Shown: positions 16,978 to 26,800 of the stretch, one piece after another
Layout: every line of letters starts with the position of its first letter
Numbering within the stretch: the first letter of the stretch is position 1
Source of the DNA: Candidatus Woesebacteria bacterium
Lineage (GTDB): Bacteria; Patescibacteriota; Microgenomatia; UBA1400; PJMF01
NCBI GenBank assembly: GCA_017999345.1
Contig: JAGNLY010000004.1
Coordinates: forward strand, 886 to 64,885
DNA: 64,000 bases
Reading direction: 5' to 3'
Program-made: the position numbers and the translations under genes
Notes under the pieces: model-generated
What the model was told of the DNA's origin: nothing
Seen by the model: the letters and a program-made list of their open reading frames with translations, nothing else
The model's database searches: none

Positions 16978-17823
16978 TTATTTTTTAATTTTTCTATTAC
17001 GTTTTTTTAGTCTAGGTTGGACATTATCTTGATCTTTAGCTTGGTCTTTATCTTTAACGAACGCTTGACTGACTGCATTTTTGTTTCCGGAAATTCTTCT
17101 TGCCCCTGCCCTCATCAATTTGGCAACAACTTCAAAGGTATTTGCCGTAGTAGAGAAAGAACTAAAATTATTGGTTTCTTCACTAATTCCTCTCAATAAG
17201 TTGGTGGCTGATTCTGATGAAACAAACAAATCCAAAGAACTTATTAATTGAAAAACAAACTCGCTGTAACAAGAGAGCTGAGAAGCATCAAATTTAATAT
17301 TTCCAAACTCGGTTTCATATTTATTAATGCTCACTATCGCAGCCTGATTATAAAGATTCTCATAGCCAAAATAAAATTCTCCCAAGGAATCTAGTTCATT
17401 AACACCAATCACAATTACTAAGTCTGCCTCAGCTCCGGTATATGAAAACTCAACATTTTTATCAGAAAGTGGCGAAAAACCTTTTTTTGGCTTGATAGTT
17501 AGATAAAATTTCTTAGTTTCTTCACTTACATGATAACTAACTTTATCAATTGAATTTTCTAAATAATCCAAACCAATGCATAAATTTTCATGACCGATTT
17601 CTACTAAGGCTTCTTTCAAGTAGGCAATTTGTTTATTTTTAACTAGAACTTCCTTGTTGCAAAGTAGTTTGACAGTTTTTTTTGAATACAATTTTAGCGC
17701 TGCATAAAGCGAAGCTAAAGAAAGAAGTTGATCTTGAGAGGAGTCTTGAGAGCAAACAATCAAAATAGAATTTGAGTTGTTCAAAAGTTCATTAAACAAA
17801 TCTATTTTTCTTTTATCTATCAT
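16978..17823 (-). CDS. DHH-family (NrnA-like) fold protein with degenerate catalytic motifs
   Basis: Layout resembles an NrnA N-domain. ILIVCSQDSSQDQLLS replaces H..PDGDxxGS. ADLVIVIGVN and IVSINKYETEFG replace IDHH. GISEETNNFS replaces G..DTG.F. Basic tail KKRNRKIKK. Confidence 0.35.
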   Translation of the reverse strand: MIDKRKIDLFNELLNNSNSILIVCSQDSSQDQLLSLASLYAALKLYSKKTVKLLCNKEVLVKNKQIAYLKEALVEIGHENLCIGLDYLENSIDKVSYHVSEETKKFYLTIKPKKGFSPLSDKNVEFSYTGAEADLVIVIGVNELDSLGEFYFGYENLYNQAAIVSINKYETEFGNIKFDASQLSCYSEFVFQLISSLDLFVSSESATNLLRGISEETNNFSSFSTTANTFEVVAKLMRAGARRISGNKNAVSQAFVKDKDQAKDQDNVQPRLKKRNRKIKK

Positions 17824-17881
17824 TTGATGTCTTAATGTATCAGCTTTTTATTATTCTTACTATACCCGATTAAACATATTT

Positions 17882-17890
17882 TGTTATAAT
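17882..17890 (+). promoter_or_regulatory. Extended -10 (TGTTATAAT) 6 nt upstream of ATG 17897; leaderless candidate
   Basis: TG-n-TATAAT at 17882-17890. Only TAACAG separates it from the start codon, and there is no SD. Confidence 0.45.
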
Positions 17891-17896
17891 TAACAG

Positions 17897-19648
17897 ATGA
17901 TAAAAAGAGGCCTCTTTTTACTAGCTATATTTTTTTGTATTTTTTCTACTAATTCTTTTGATGTAAATGCAGCTGCACCTCTTCCTGATGCCAACGCCGA
18001 AGCAGGAGTTGCCGCTCCACTTCCTCCTGACCCTGCAGATTCCAGTGCTATGGAAGAAGCCTGGGGACCAAAATATGATCAAAGTCAAATTGATAGCTAT
18101 AGATATGCGGTTGAAACAGACAATTGTGCCACTCCTTCGCTAGAGTGCTTAGTTCACCAAACCTCAAGATTTGTTGCAATCGAATGGGTAAATAGCATTT
18201 TATATCCTGGATCAAAAGGATTAACTGATCCAAATGCTCCGGTCACAGACGCAGGAAGCAATAATGTTCTTTCCAACCAAGGCGGATTTGTCGGAGGCAT
18301 TACCTATTTAATGGGCGAAATGTATCGATACCCTGTCGCTAGAACTTCAGTATACGTTGCAGATGTACTTGAGAGCGCACACATCATCACTCCAGCATAT
18401 GCACAAGGACTCGGTTTTGCTTCATTAAATCCAGTTTTAGATCTTTGGAAAGTTTTTAGAAATGTTTCGTACATGCTTTTTGTTTTCATATTCATAGTTC
18501 TTGGTTTTATGATTATGTTTAGACAAAAAATTGGTGGCCAGACCGCAGTTACCGCCCAACAAGCCATTCCAAATGTAGTTGCTAGTTTAATTTTTGTCAC
18601 TTTTTCTTACGCTATCGCGGGATTTTTAATAGACCTAATGTATTTATTGATGTTTATGATTATTGGAATTTTTGGTCAAACAGCGCCTGGAGTAGATGGT
18701 GGAATTATTGACTTTAATATACTAGAACTTATGGGCAGGTTATTTCAAGATGTGAGTGGTTTTTCCAATAATGTTGACATTGTTACCCAATTAATGGGAT
18801 CAATGGTCAACAACGAAACTCTTGGAAATACCTTGGGAATCGTTGGAGGCGTTACTCTTTCATTAGTTTTGGCAGTTGCGATCTTGATTGGAACATTCAA
18901 ATTATTCTTTGAACTACTAAAATCATATGCCACAGTGGTTTTATCTGTTGTTACCGCTCCTCTGCTACTATTGGGTGGTGCATTTCCAGGTAAAAATGTT
19001 TTTGGGCCATGGGTTAAAAACATCGTTGCCAATTTATCAGCTTTCCCTGTCGTATTAATGGTCGTCATACTTTTCTATCAATTCACGGCAGTAGCTCCAA
19101 CAGCCGGTGGTTTTATCCCTCCTTTCTTACTTGGTAGAGGTCAATCTGGTGCAATTACCACTCTGATGGGATTGGCCATCATTCTTGCCTTGCCAGAAAT
19201 AGTTAAAGACATTAAGAAAAATCTTGGTGCTACTGAGGGCTTTGGCACAATGATCTTCAACGCTGCTGGCGCAAGAGCAAAGGAAAGTTGGGGCAGAACT
19301 GTTAAAGCTCCAGGACAAATTTACAATGCTCAGCCATTTGGCACTGGAGATGGAATGCCATTTAGAACCACTGGCACTGAAAGTGCTTTGGAAAGATTTA
19401 TTATTGGCTCCAGAGCTCAACGAAAAAGCGAGTACGATTATCAAAGACAGAGAGCTTTGCATGGTCAGGGTGCTACACCTACTAAAGAGGGTGGTTTATA
19501 TGGCATGTTGGTTAATGATAGGAGAGCTCGACTTAGATCACAGCAAGAAACAGGAAGTGGCGCTGGTGCCAATGTTAACATTAATGTAGATGCTGGTGGC
19601 AACGTTAGAAGAAGAACGTCGCAACAAATAAGAAGAAGACAGCCATAA
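17897..19648 (+). CDS. VirB6/TrbL-like polytopic membrane protein
   Basis: Signal peptide, an exported domain of about 170 aa, then 6 or more hydrophobic helices, then an R/G/Q-rich cytoplasmic tail. The size, topology and position in the locus match VirB6-type channel subunits. No diagnostic motif can be checked by eye. Confidence 0.5.
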   Translation: MIKRGLFLLAIFFCIFSTNSFDVNAAAPLPDANAEAGVAAPLPPDPADSSAMEEAWGPKYDQSQIDSYRYAVETDNCATPSLECLVHQTSRFVAIEWVNSILYPGSKGLTDPNAPVTDAGSNNVLSNQGGFVGGITYLMGEMYRYPVARTSVYVADVLESAHIITPAYAQGLGFASLNPVLDLWKVFRNVSYMLFVFIFIVLGFMIMFRQKIGGQTAVTAQQAIPNVVASLIFVTFSYAIAGFLIDLMYLLMFMIIGIFGQTAPGVDGGIIDFNILELMGRLFQDVSGFSNNVDIVTQLMGSMVNNETLGNTLGIVGGVTLSLVLAVAILIGTFKLFFELLKSYATVVLSVVTAPLLLLGGAFPGKNVFGPWVKNIVANLSAFPVVLMVVILFYQFTAVAPTAGGFIPPFLLGRGQSGAITTLMGLAIILALPEIVKDIKKNLGATEGFGTMIFNAAGARAKESWGRTVKAPGQIYNAQPFGTGDGMPFRTTGTESALERFIIGSRAQRKSEYDYQRQRALHGQGATPTKEGGLYGMLVNDRRARLRSQQETGSGAGANVNINVDAGGNVRRRTSQQIRRRQP

Positions 19649-19739
19649 GCCGCGACTGAGGGAAAATAAAACTTTTATAAAAAAATAATTTGAGCCAATT
19701 AGAACACTCTTCTTGGACAAAATTTTTCAAGACTGAAAA

Positions 19740-22700
19740 TTAATTTTTTGCGCCTAGCTTATCTTTATTAAATAAGAAATGGAGTAGCTTAATTCTATCT
19801 ACAACCCACTGTGTTGTAGGACGAGAGCCTTTATCACGCTTTAGTTGCCAAAATTCTTTGCGTAAGTTTGTTTCCTGAATCTTGTAATGACATCCCTGTG
19901 CCAAATCAAAGCCGTTAGCCAATCTTAATAGATCTGCATGAGTAAATATTTCCTCTATACCTTCATCATTTGCATAGTCCATAGCATCTCTATCTTCTGG
20001 AGCAACTAGATTTAAAGATCGTTTATCATCATATAACTTATATCCAGATTTAGCTATTTTTTCTGTTTCTTCTGGAATGAGATCTAATAATAATTTTGCT
20101 TGGTTTATGACATACATAACTTGAGCGGTATTTAAAAGCGGACCTCCGCTAACGGATTGAACTGATAAATCTTCATAGCTACCAAAATCTAAACCGTTAT
20201 AAGTCTTTTCAATTTTTTCTGGAGATGACATATCTGGAATATTTCTAAAGTCTGGCTTGAATAAATAAAAATTTGCACGCATGAGTACATCGAAGTTAAA
20301 ATATCCTTGAAGCCATGGTTTAAACTTTTTATTAACAAACTCTTCCCTTTTTGCTGGTAGGACTGTCTTTGCTGCCTCAATCATTTTGCCGATTTTTTCA
20401 TTGACATAATATTCCGTCCCATTTTGAGCTCCTTCATTTTTGTCATCTCTAGAAAAAACATATTGCATCATTCTCATGACATCTTGAGGATATTGATTTG
20501 ATTCTGCAAGAAAAGCATTTATCCAATAATCTCTAGACTCTTTATAAAGAGCCTTTAGTCTTTGTTTTCTATCTCCAGATAAAGGTACTGATTCTGAACG
20601 AAAGCCATATTGTTCTAATTCCTCTGAGGTAGCCTTTAATGTGAATTTACCAATGGCTCTTACTAATGCCTTTTGAGTCTCTCCTTGATATCCAAATTCT
20701 TTTGCGACTCTAGACCATTCTTCAGGTCTATCTAAAGTGGTATTCACAGAAATTGGAACTTCTCTTGGACTTGAGAAAAAACTATATTTTTGCTCTGATG
20801 CAGAAGAAATTTTACTTGATGGCCATAAAAACATAATTGTTTGCACAGCTGATTGGTAAATAACTTTGTCAGGATTGGTTGAACGAGATGCCCAGTTTTC
20901 CGGAGTCATTGACTTAATTCCATCTTTGACTGAAAGAATAGTTGCTAAAGTAGCTCTTCCATCACCAAATCCTCCGGGATCTCCCGGCAAAGAATGTGAA
21001 TATTGAGCAGCAACTGGATATGGAGGATAGCCGTGAACCAACACGTCGCCAAAAGGAGCCACAAAGTCTGGGCGAGCCGTATTAGCGTGAGCACTTTCAA
21101 CATAAAGTCCTATAGACGCACCTTTTGCCTCTCCTTCTTGAGCCTGAACCCCAACATTACCACCATTGCCTCTAGTTTCATTCTTGTAACTTGCGTCTAA
21201 GAAAGCTTCTATTCCGCCACCGATTCTGTAACACTCTCCTATGTGATAGGCCATTAAAGATTCTTTTTCTGAAAGACCCATTGATCTCAGGTCGGCAAGT
21301 ATTTTTTCAATCATCGATTTTCTTGACTCATCTGTACTTGTATATCTAGGGACAACTGCATATTCTTTTTTTATTGCATATTTATTTCTTCCATTTGCAT
21401 CCCCAGCCGGTCCGTAAAAAAAGTTTTGTACTGCGGGATTCATACTATTCCAGATAGCTTCTCTTTGTGGTTTTTTCAAAATCATAGCTGACCAAATAGC
21501 CATACTATATTCAACTCCTTCCACAAATCTAAGTTCTTGAGGAGTTGCATTTTCTCTATTACTAAGCAAGGCGCCTAGATTTGGTGAATAACCAGTACTA
21601 TCATATAATTTTTGAATTGCAGCTAGGGCTCCCTCAGGTCCTACGGCCGATTCATTATTTCTTCTAACCACAGCTCTATTGTGCCAAGTAGATATTTCCC
21701 TAAATTTTTCTTTCATTGATCCGCAAAACTCCTTAACCTCAGCATACTCATTTTCATCAAAATAATTAAAAAACTGGTCGAAAAAAGATTCATAAGATTT
21801 AATTCTGTTTTCGTCACTTTGGTCATAAGTAAAACCAAGAAGATTCAAACTAAACTCTTTGGCTGGACCAGCCATAGGATTGACTTTATACGATGTTGTT
21901 CTTGGATCATCAACTAAATCTAATAGTCCGTTTAAGGTGGACACTGTTGCAATTCCAATCATTTTTTCATGGATTATGCCCAAATACTCTGCTAAGGTTT
22001 GTCCTTCTTTTCTTGTCTCATTATCAAGTCTTTGGGCCAAAAATAGTTCTACAGATTTTTTGACTGCTTGCTTATTCCTATAACCAGCTGAATTCTCTAT
22101 TTTTCCTTTTGCTTCTAATAACGGATTCAATATTTTATTAATTCTTTCTTGCGCTGCAACATATTTATTATTTATGTCTGATATCCATGCATTTGCCACC
22201 ACATCATACTTAGAATCTTGATTAAAATAATTTGCACTATTTTTTAACTGCTCAAGTGAATCCAATAGTTCTTGTAATTTGTCAATTTCGGTTAATGAGT
22301 CAACTGGGGTGACACCGGAGATAATTTTTTCGCACTCTTGCTCTAGGTCATTTAAATCAATTCTGACCTCAATTAAAATTCTTACAGACTCTGCTCGTCT
22401 CCATATTTCAGATAAATATGTTTCTTTTCTATTTGATAACTCAGAATCATCAGGTACTTTGGTCTCAATCTTTGCTTTTTCAAGTACTCCATCACTACTA
22501 AACAATGTGCTTTTTATATCTAGTAAATCAGAGTTATCTTCTGGTAAATCTACATCAATTATTGACAGTAAAATATTTAAGTTTTCAAATCCTGGCAATT
22601 CGTTATCAACCCACTCATTGAAGGCCTTATCAAGCAGCTGATCTTTTCTAATCTCCATTTTAATAAGTAGTTCATTTGCCGGCTCAACAACCGTTGTAGA

Positions 22701-23687
22701 TATTTCTTCTAACAAGTCCTCACGTTTCAATGCTTCAGCTATACTTTTAACCCCGCTGCCATCCGACATAGTTAATATTATTTTTTGAACAGCCTCAAGT
22801 CTTTTTCTAAGTAAATTAATTGCCGAAAGGTTTTTGTCTCTTTCGTTTAAAACAATATTCTCATCAACAATCAGCTGAGTTGGGTCAAAATTAGGATCTA
22901 AAATTTTGTTTTCTAGGTAAGTGCTTAATAATTCTAAGTCTTTAAATACTTTTGATTTGCGATAGTCGTCCTCAACATTTTCTCGTTCATTTAAAGATCC
23001 TCTAATTTCATCAAATCTTTTTCGCAAGGCTTTAATTATCTTTTCACAATTATTTAAAAAATCACTTTCTTCTAAATTGTTTATCAGCACTCGATCCACA
23101 ACACTCTCTTCTAATTCAAAAATTGCTTCTTCTATCAGCTTGGCTTCATCTTTACTTCCATTAAATTCTTGTATCAATTTGGCTATTATTTTTCTCTTCT
23201 CTTTAAATCCATTTAGCCAAGATTCAAAATCTACATTTTCTTCTTCTTTTCCTGATTCAGGTTTTGGCGTATCATCCTTATCATCTGGTTTATCTTGATC
23301 GAGATCAATAAAATCATCTTTAGTAAAACCCCACTTCTCAAGCACTAAAAATATATCTTGAAGCTGATTCTTTATTTTTTTAATATAATCTTTTTCTGTT
23401 GAGGATAAATGCGATGTGTCATGACTAGATAAGTATTCCTTAATACTGTTGCCTATAGACTTAATAAAATCAATTATTTTTTTCCTTTCATCTGGTGTGA
23501 AATCACCACTTTCAAGTCTTAATGGATCAATTGATCCCATAAATTCATTTAGTCTTTGAAATAATGAATTTATTAAACCTGAAAAATTTTCAAAGTCTGG
23601 GCTGGTCTCATGGTCGGGAAGCATGGCACTGTAATGCTGATCATCAGCATTATTAGGAGCAAGTATGTCTCTTTCTTCTTTAGTCAT
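19740..23687 (-). CDS. Giant (1315 aa) acidic, helix-rich soluble protein of unknown function
   Basis: Uninterrupted ORF with no signal peptide or TM. The N-terminal ~550 aa are D/E/K/L-rich and heptad-like. I recognise no catalytic motif. Confidence 0.6.
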   Translation of the reverse strand: MTKEERDILAPNNADDQHYSAMLPDHETSPDFENFSGLINSLFQRLNEFMGSIDPLRLESGDFTPDERKKIIDFIKSIGNSIKEYLSSHDTSHLSSTEKDYIKKIKNQLQDIFLVLEKWGFTKDDFIDLDQDKPDDKDDTPKPESGKEEENVDFESWLNGFKEKRKIIAKLIQEFNGSKDEAKLIEEAIFELEESVVDRVLINNLEESDFLNNCEKIIKALRKRFDEIRGSLNERENVEDDYRKSKVFKDLELLSTYLENKILDPNFDPTQLIVDENIVLNERDKNLSAINLLRKRLEAVQKIILTMSDGSGVKSIAEALKREDLLEEISTTVVEPANELLIKMEIRKDQLLDKAFNEWVDNELPGFENLNILLSIIDVDLPEDNSDLLDIKSTLFSSDGVLEKAKIETKVPDDSELSNRKETYLSEIWRRAESVRILIEVRIDLNDLEQECEKIISGVTPVDSLTEIDKLQELLDSLEQLKNSANYFNQDSKYDVVANAWISDINNKYVAAQERINKILNPLLEAKGKIENSAGYRNKQAVKKSVELFLAQRLDNETRKEGQTLAEYLGIIHEKMIGIATVSTLNGLLDLVDDPRTTSYKVNPMAGPAKEFSLNLLGFTYDQSDENRIKSYESFFDQFFNYFDENEYAEVKEFCGSMKEKFREISTWHNRAVVRRNNESAVGPEGALAAIQKLYDSTGYSPNLGALLSNRENATPQELRFVEGVEYSMAIWSAMILKKPQREAIWNSMNPAVQNFFYGPAGDANGRNKYAIKKEYAVVPRYTSTDESRKSMIEKILADLRSMGLSEKESLMAYHIGECYRIGGGIEAFLDASYKNETRGNGGNVGVQAQEGEAKGASIGLYVESAHANTARPDFVAPFGDVLVHGYPPYPVAAQYSHSLPGDPGGFGDGRATLATILSVKDGIKSMTPENWASRSTNPDKVIYQSAVQTIMFLWPSSKISSASEQKYSFFSSPREVPISVNTTLDRPEEWSRVAKEFGYQGETQKALVRAIGKFTLKATSEELEQYGFRSESVPLSGDRKQRLKALYKESRDYWINAFLAESNQYPQDVMRMMQYVFSRDDKNEGAQNGTEYYVNEKIGKMIEAAKTVLPAKREEFVNKKFKPWLQGYFNFDVLMRANFYLFKPDFRNIPDMSSPEKIEKTYNGLDFGSYEDLSVQSVSGGPLLNTAQVMYVINQAKLLLDLIPEETEKIAKSGYKLYDDKRSLNLVAPEDRDAMDYANDEGIEEIFTHADLLRLANGFDLAQGCHYKIQETNLRKEFWQLKRDKGSRPTTQWVVDRIKLLHFLFNKDKLGAKN

Positions 23688-23790
23688 ATATCCACATATT
23701 GTAACATTTTAAATCAAAAACATAAACGCTTTTTAGGATCAAAAATACCAGCTTACTAATCTGTTCTAGCTATCAACATTTATCACAGGG

Positions 23791-23796
23791 TATAAT
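23791..23796 (+). promoter_or_regulatory. TATAAT 6 nt upstream of GTG 23803; leaderless candidate
   Basis: TATAATAGTTTCGTG here parallels TATAATAGGTTTGTG at 14166-14180. Confidence 0.35.
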
Positions 23797-23802
23797 AGTT
23801 TC

Positions 23803-26800
23803 GTGGCTGAAGAAAAACCAAAATTCAAGTTTTTAAGAAGAATTGATGATCTAAAAGACATCATTGGAAATAGTGACGCCAAAGCGAAGGTTTTCTATCT
23901 TAAATCCTTAGAAAAAATTGTTAATACAAAGGGATTTTTTGTGGACGGAACTGGTCCAGAAAGTTTTTCTATTAGTGATGGGGTAATTGTAGCTCCGGCC
24001 AATTTAATAAGCCTCCAAAATGGAGAAATTAATATAGATAGGAACAGATATTATTCGTACATTTTTCCTAGTGAGTTTGTAAAAGCATTATCTGATTTGG
24101 CAAAAATATTTGTTAAAAAGGATCAAACTCTAAGTCAATACACCGATGAGGAAGAAACAGTTAAAAACTGGGGAGATTACAGAGAGAACAATGCCGTTGA
24201 CGAAACAGCATATATAAAAAAAATTAATGAGATTGAAACGCTAAGAAGATTGATTGTAGATGCTTTTCAAAAAAACCCCGATCTTATAAAAGATACCGAA
24301 GACAACGTTCTTCCAATACTTTCGGATGAAAAACAAGCAGAAGAAGGTGTGGATAGCGATAGCCAAGGTGACAAAAATGGCGATGGATCAGACTCTGATA
24401 AAATAAATACCGCCGTAGTTCCAGTTGCAGCTTTACAGCTAACAAGAGCTGACAAAGTCCTCCAAGCCAACGATATTGCTCCAGAAATCAAACAAAAAAT
24501 CCAATATGAGACTGGTTGGTTATACAACCGCGCAGTTTATGAAATGTTCACTGCTCATGGGATAGATAAAAATGACATTGATCCAAATGTTCTTGAGAAA
24601 TTAAGACTGGATGTCTTCGATTTTACTTCCCAAATGGATGAAAAACAGCTTTTTGCAATGCTTGGAAGCGCGTCACAAAGACAAACTGCTCTTTTAAGAT
24701 TTTATCCAAAATTTGCCAGCCAAAATAGAGGAGTTCTTGAGGAATATTATAAAAAATTAACTGGTTCCCCTGCATTTCAAAACCTTGATCAAAAACAAAA
24801 AGAAGAATTTAACCAATTTAATGACAATTTATTAGGTGGGAATATTTCTAAACTAACTTCTCCAATAGAACTACTAAAACAATCTCTAATGGTTGCGCTT
24901 GGGTCTGACAGCGCAAAACTCAACAAAAACGTCCAAAACACTCTTGACGCAATGATTTTGCAATACGGCATAGATCAAGAATATTTTGCACAAGACGAAA
25001 ATGGACAAGTCATCTTAGTTAAAGGAAATAAAAACAAACACGACGTTATAAATATTCTTAAAAACATGGATGATGAAAAAATTAAAATAATTTTTGATCT
25101 CCCAGGATCAACAACATCTAAAGAAATAAGACAATTAAAAGAAGTTCTTTACAGCTACACAACCTACAGAGCATCTGAACTAACTCTTCATGTTATGGAC
25201 ACGTCCCTGTCTAGAGGACTGATAAAAGTCAGCGATGATGAAGCCAAAAAGCTAGCAATTAAAGGTTCTGGAACAGAAGCAATCCATAGAGATGTTTTAA
25301 CAAACACTAGAAGTGCAATAGAAGAAAATGGCGCAGAAACTGTGGCTGGAGGACTAGACAGCAAAAACGAAAACAGCAGAAAAAAAGATAAAATCAACAA
25401 AATTACCAAGCAATATAAAACTTTTCTTCCACTATGGGCAAATTTATCTGCTGAAGAACAAAGAATTGTTTATAATCAGTTTAACCTCCCGTTTCAACAA
25501 GGCAACAAGGACGCAGGACTTGAATTCATTCCCGAGTTTTTATTTTTTGATATTTCAACCTTAAACACATTTAAAAACATTAAAAACGCTGAAAAAATGA
25601 CTGCCGATCAGCAAGCTGAAGCCCTAAAGTTGTATGAATTACTCGATAGGGAGCAACTTATAAAAGATGTTGAGGAACTACAGTCCTTAGATTTTATCGC
25701 ACTAGGCAACCAAATTGCTGATGAGAAAAAATATGGTCAGTTTTTACAAGATTCATATATCTACAACACCGAGTTAGAAAAACAGTTGTTAATGGCTGAC
25801 TTTGTCAACGATGGAGCATCTATTGAAGATCAAGTAACCTATGTTTCATCTGGAGCAGGAAATACAAATCCAAGTATAAACAATGGTTTTTTCAATAAGC
25901 ATTCTCCAAGAGAGCTCATGGAGTTTGATCAACATATTATAGATTCTGACTATAATTTTTCACAACCAAATCAACAATTTTCAAAATATGGCGGGGTTTC
26001 TAGCAGAATTAAAAATTCAAAAATATATAAAGGTCTTACTAAAAGATTTGGTGGTGACAAACTAAATCCAGCTAAAAAAATGGCTGGTTCTTTGGGAAAA
26101 TCGGCTGCTTCAAAAACTTTCGTTAACGTGGCAAAAGCCGCTAATCTTGCTCTTCCCGGCGGAGCTGTTCTAAACAAAATTTACGATTTTGGAAATAAAG
26201 TCGGTTTTAAAAATGCCTCATTTATTATAGGCGGACTTCTAACTGCATTAGTTGCGCAAACAATTCGTGCGCTCTCAACTGTAGGCGGATTCATTGGAGG
26301 AGCACTTGGCGGTACAGTAGGATTTATCGTTGCCGGCGGGCCTGTTGGAATCATTCCAGGCGTTATTGTAGGATCAAATGCGGGCTTCATGGTGAATTCA
26401 ACTCCTTTGGTCAACTCAATTTTTGGAAATAACGGAGGTCTTCCAGCAACAGAAGCTGCAATGGCTAATTCATCCGCAAACACCGCTGCACTAAAAATAG
26501 CCGGCAAGGAAGCGCTTCTAGGTGCTACTGCCGATGTTTTTTTTGGTGTTCCAATTGCAATTTTGGCCCCTGGTATGGCAATGTTTATTGGCATAGTAGT
26601 TACAATTCATGCGATTTTTACAATTCAAAGTGCTTTTTTAATACCTGTGCCAACTGGTTTATCATCGATGGGCGGTGGATTAATTTTAGGAGATTTGGCC
26701 TGTTTCCAACTGATGCCGGGCGGAGATTCTCAAACAATAGTACTTGAGTCTGGAGAATCTGTAACACTAACCTCTCTCGATTGGGATCAGGCTTCAATTG

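Noticed and set aside
26181-26594. 137-aa minus-strand ORF
   Set aside because: It is antisense to the Gly-rich TM block of the 1157-aa gene. Its Pro/Ala-rich translation is a complement artefact.
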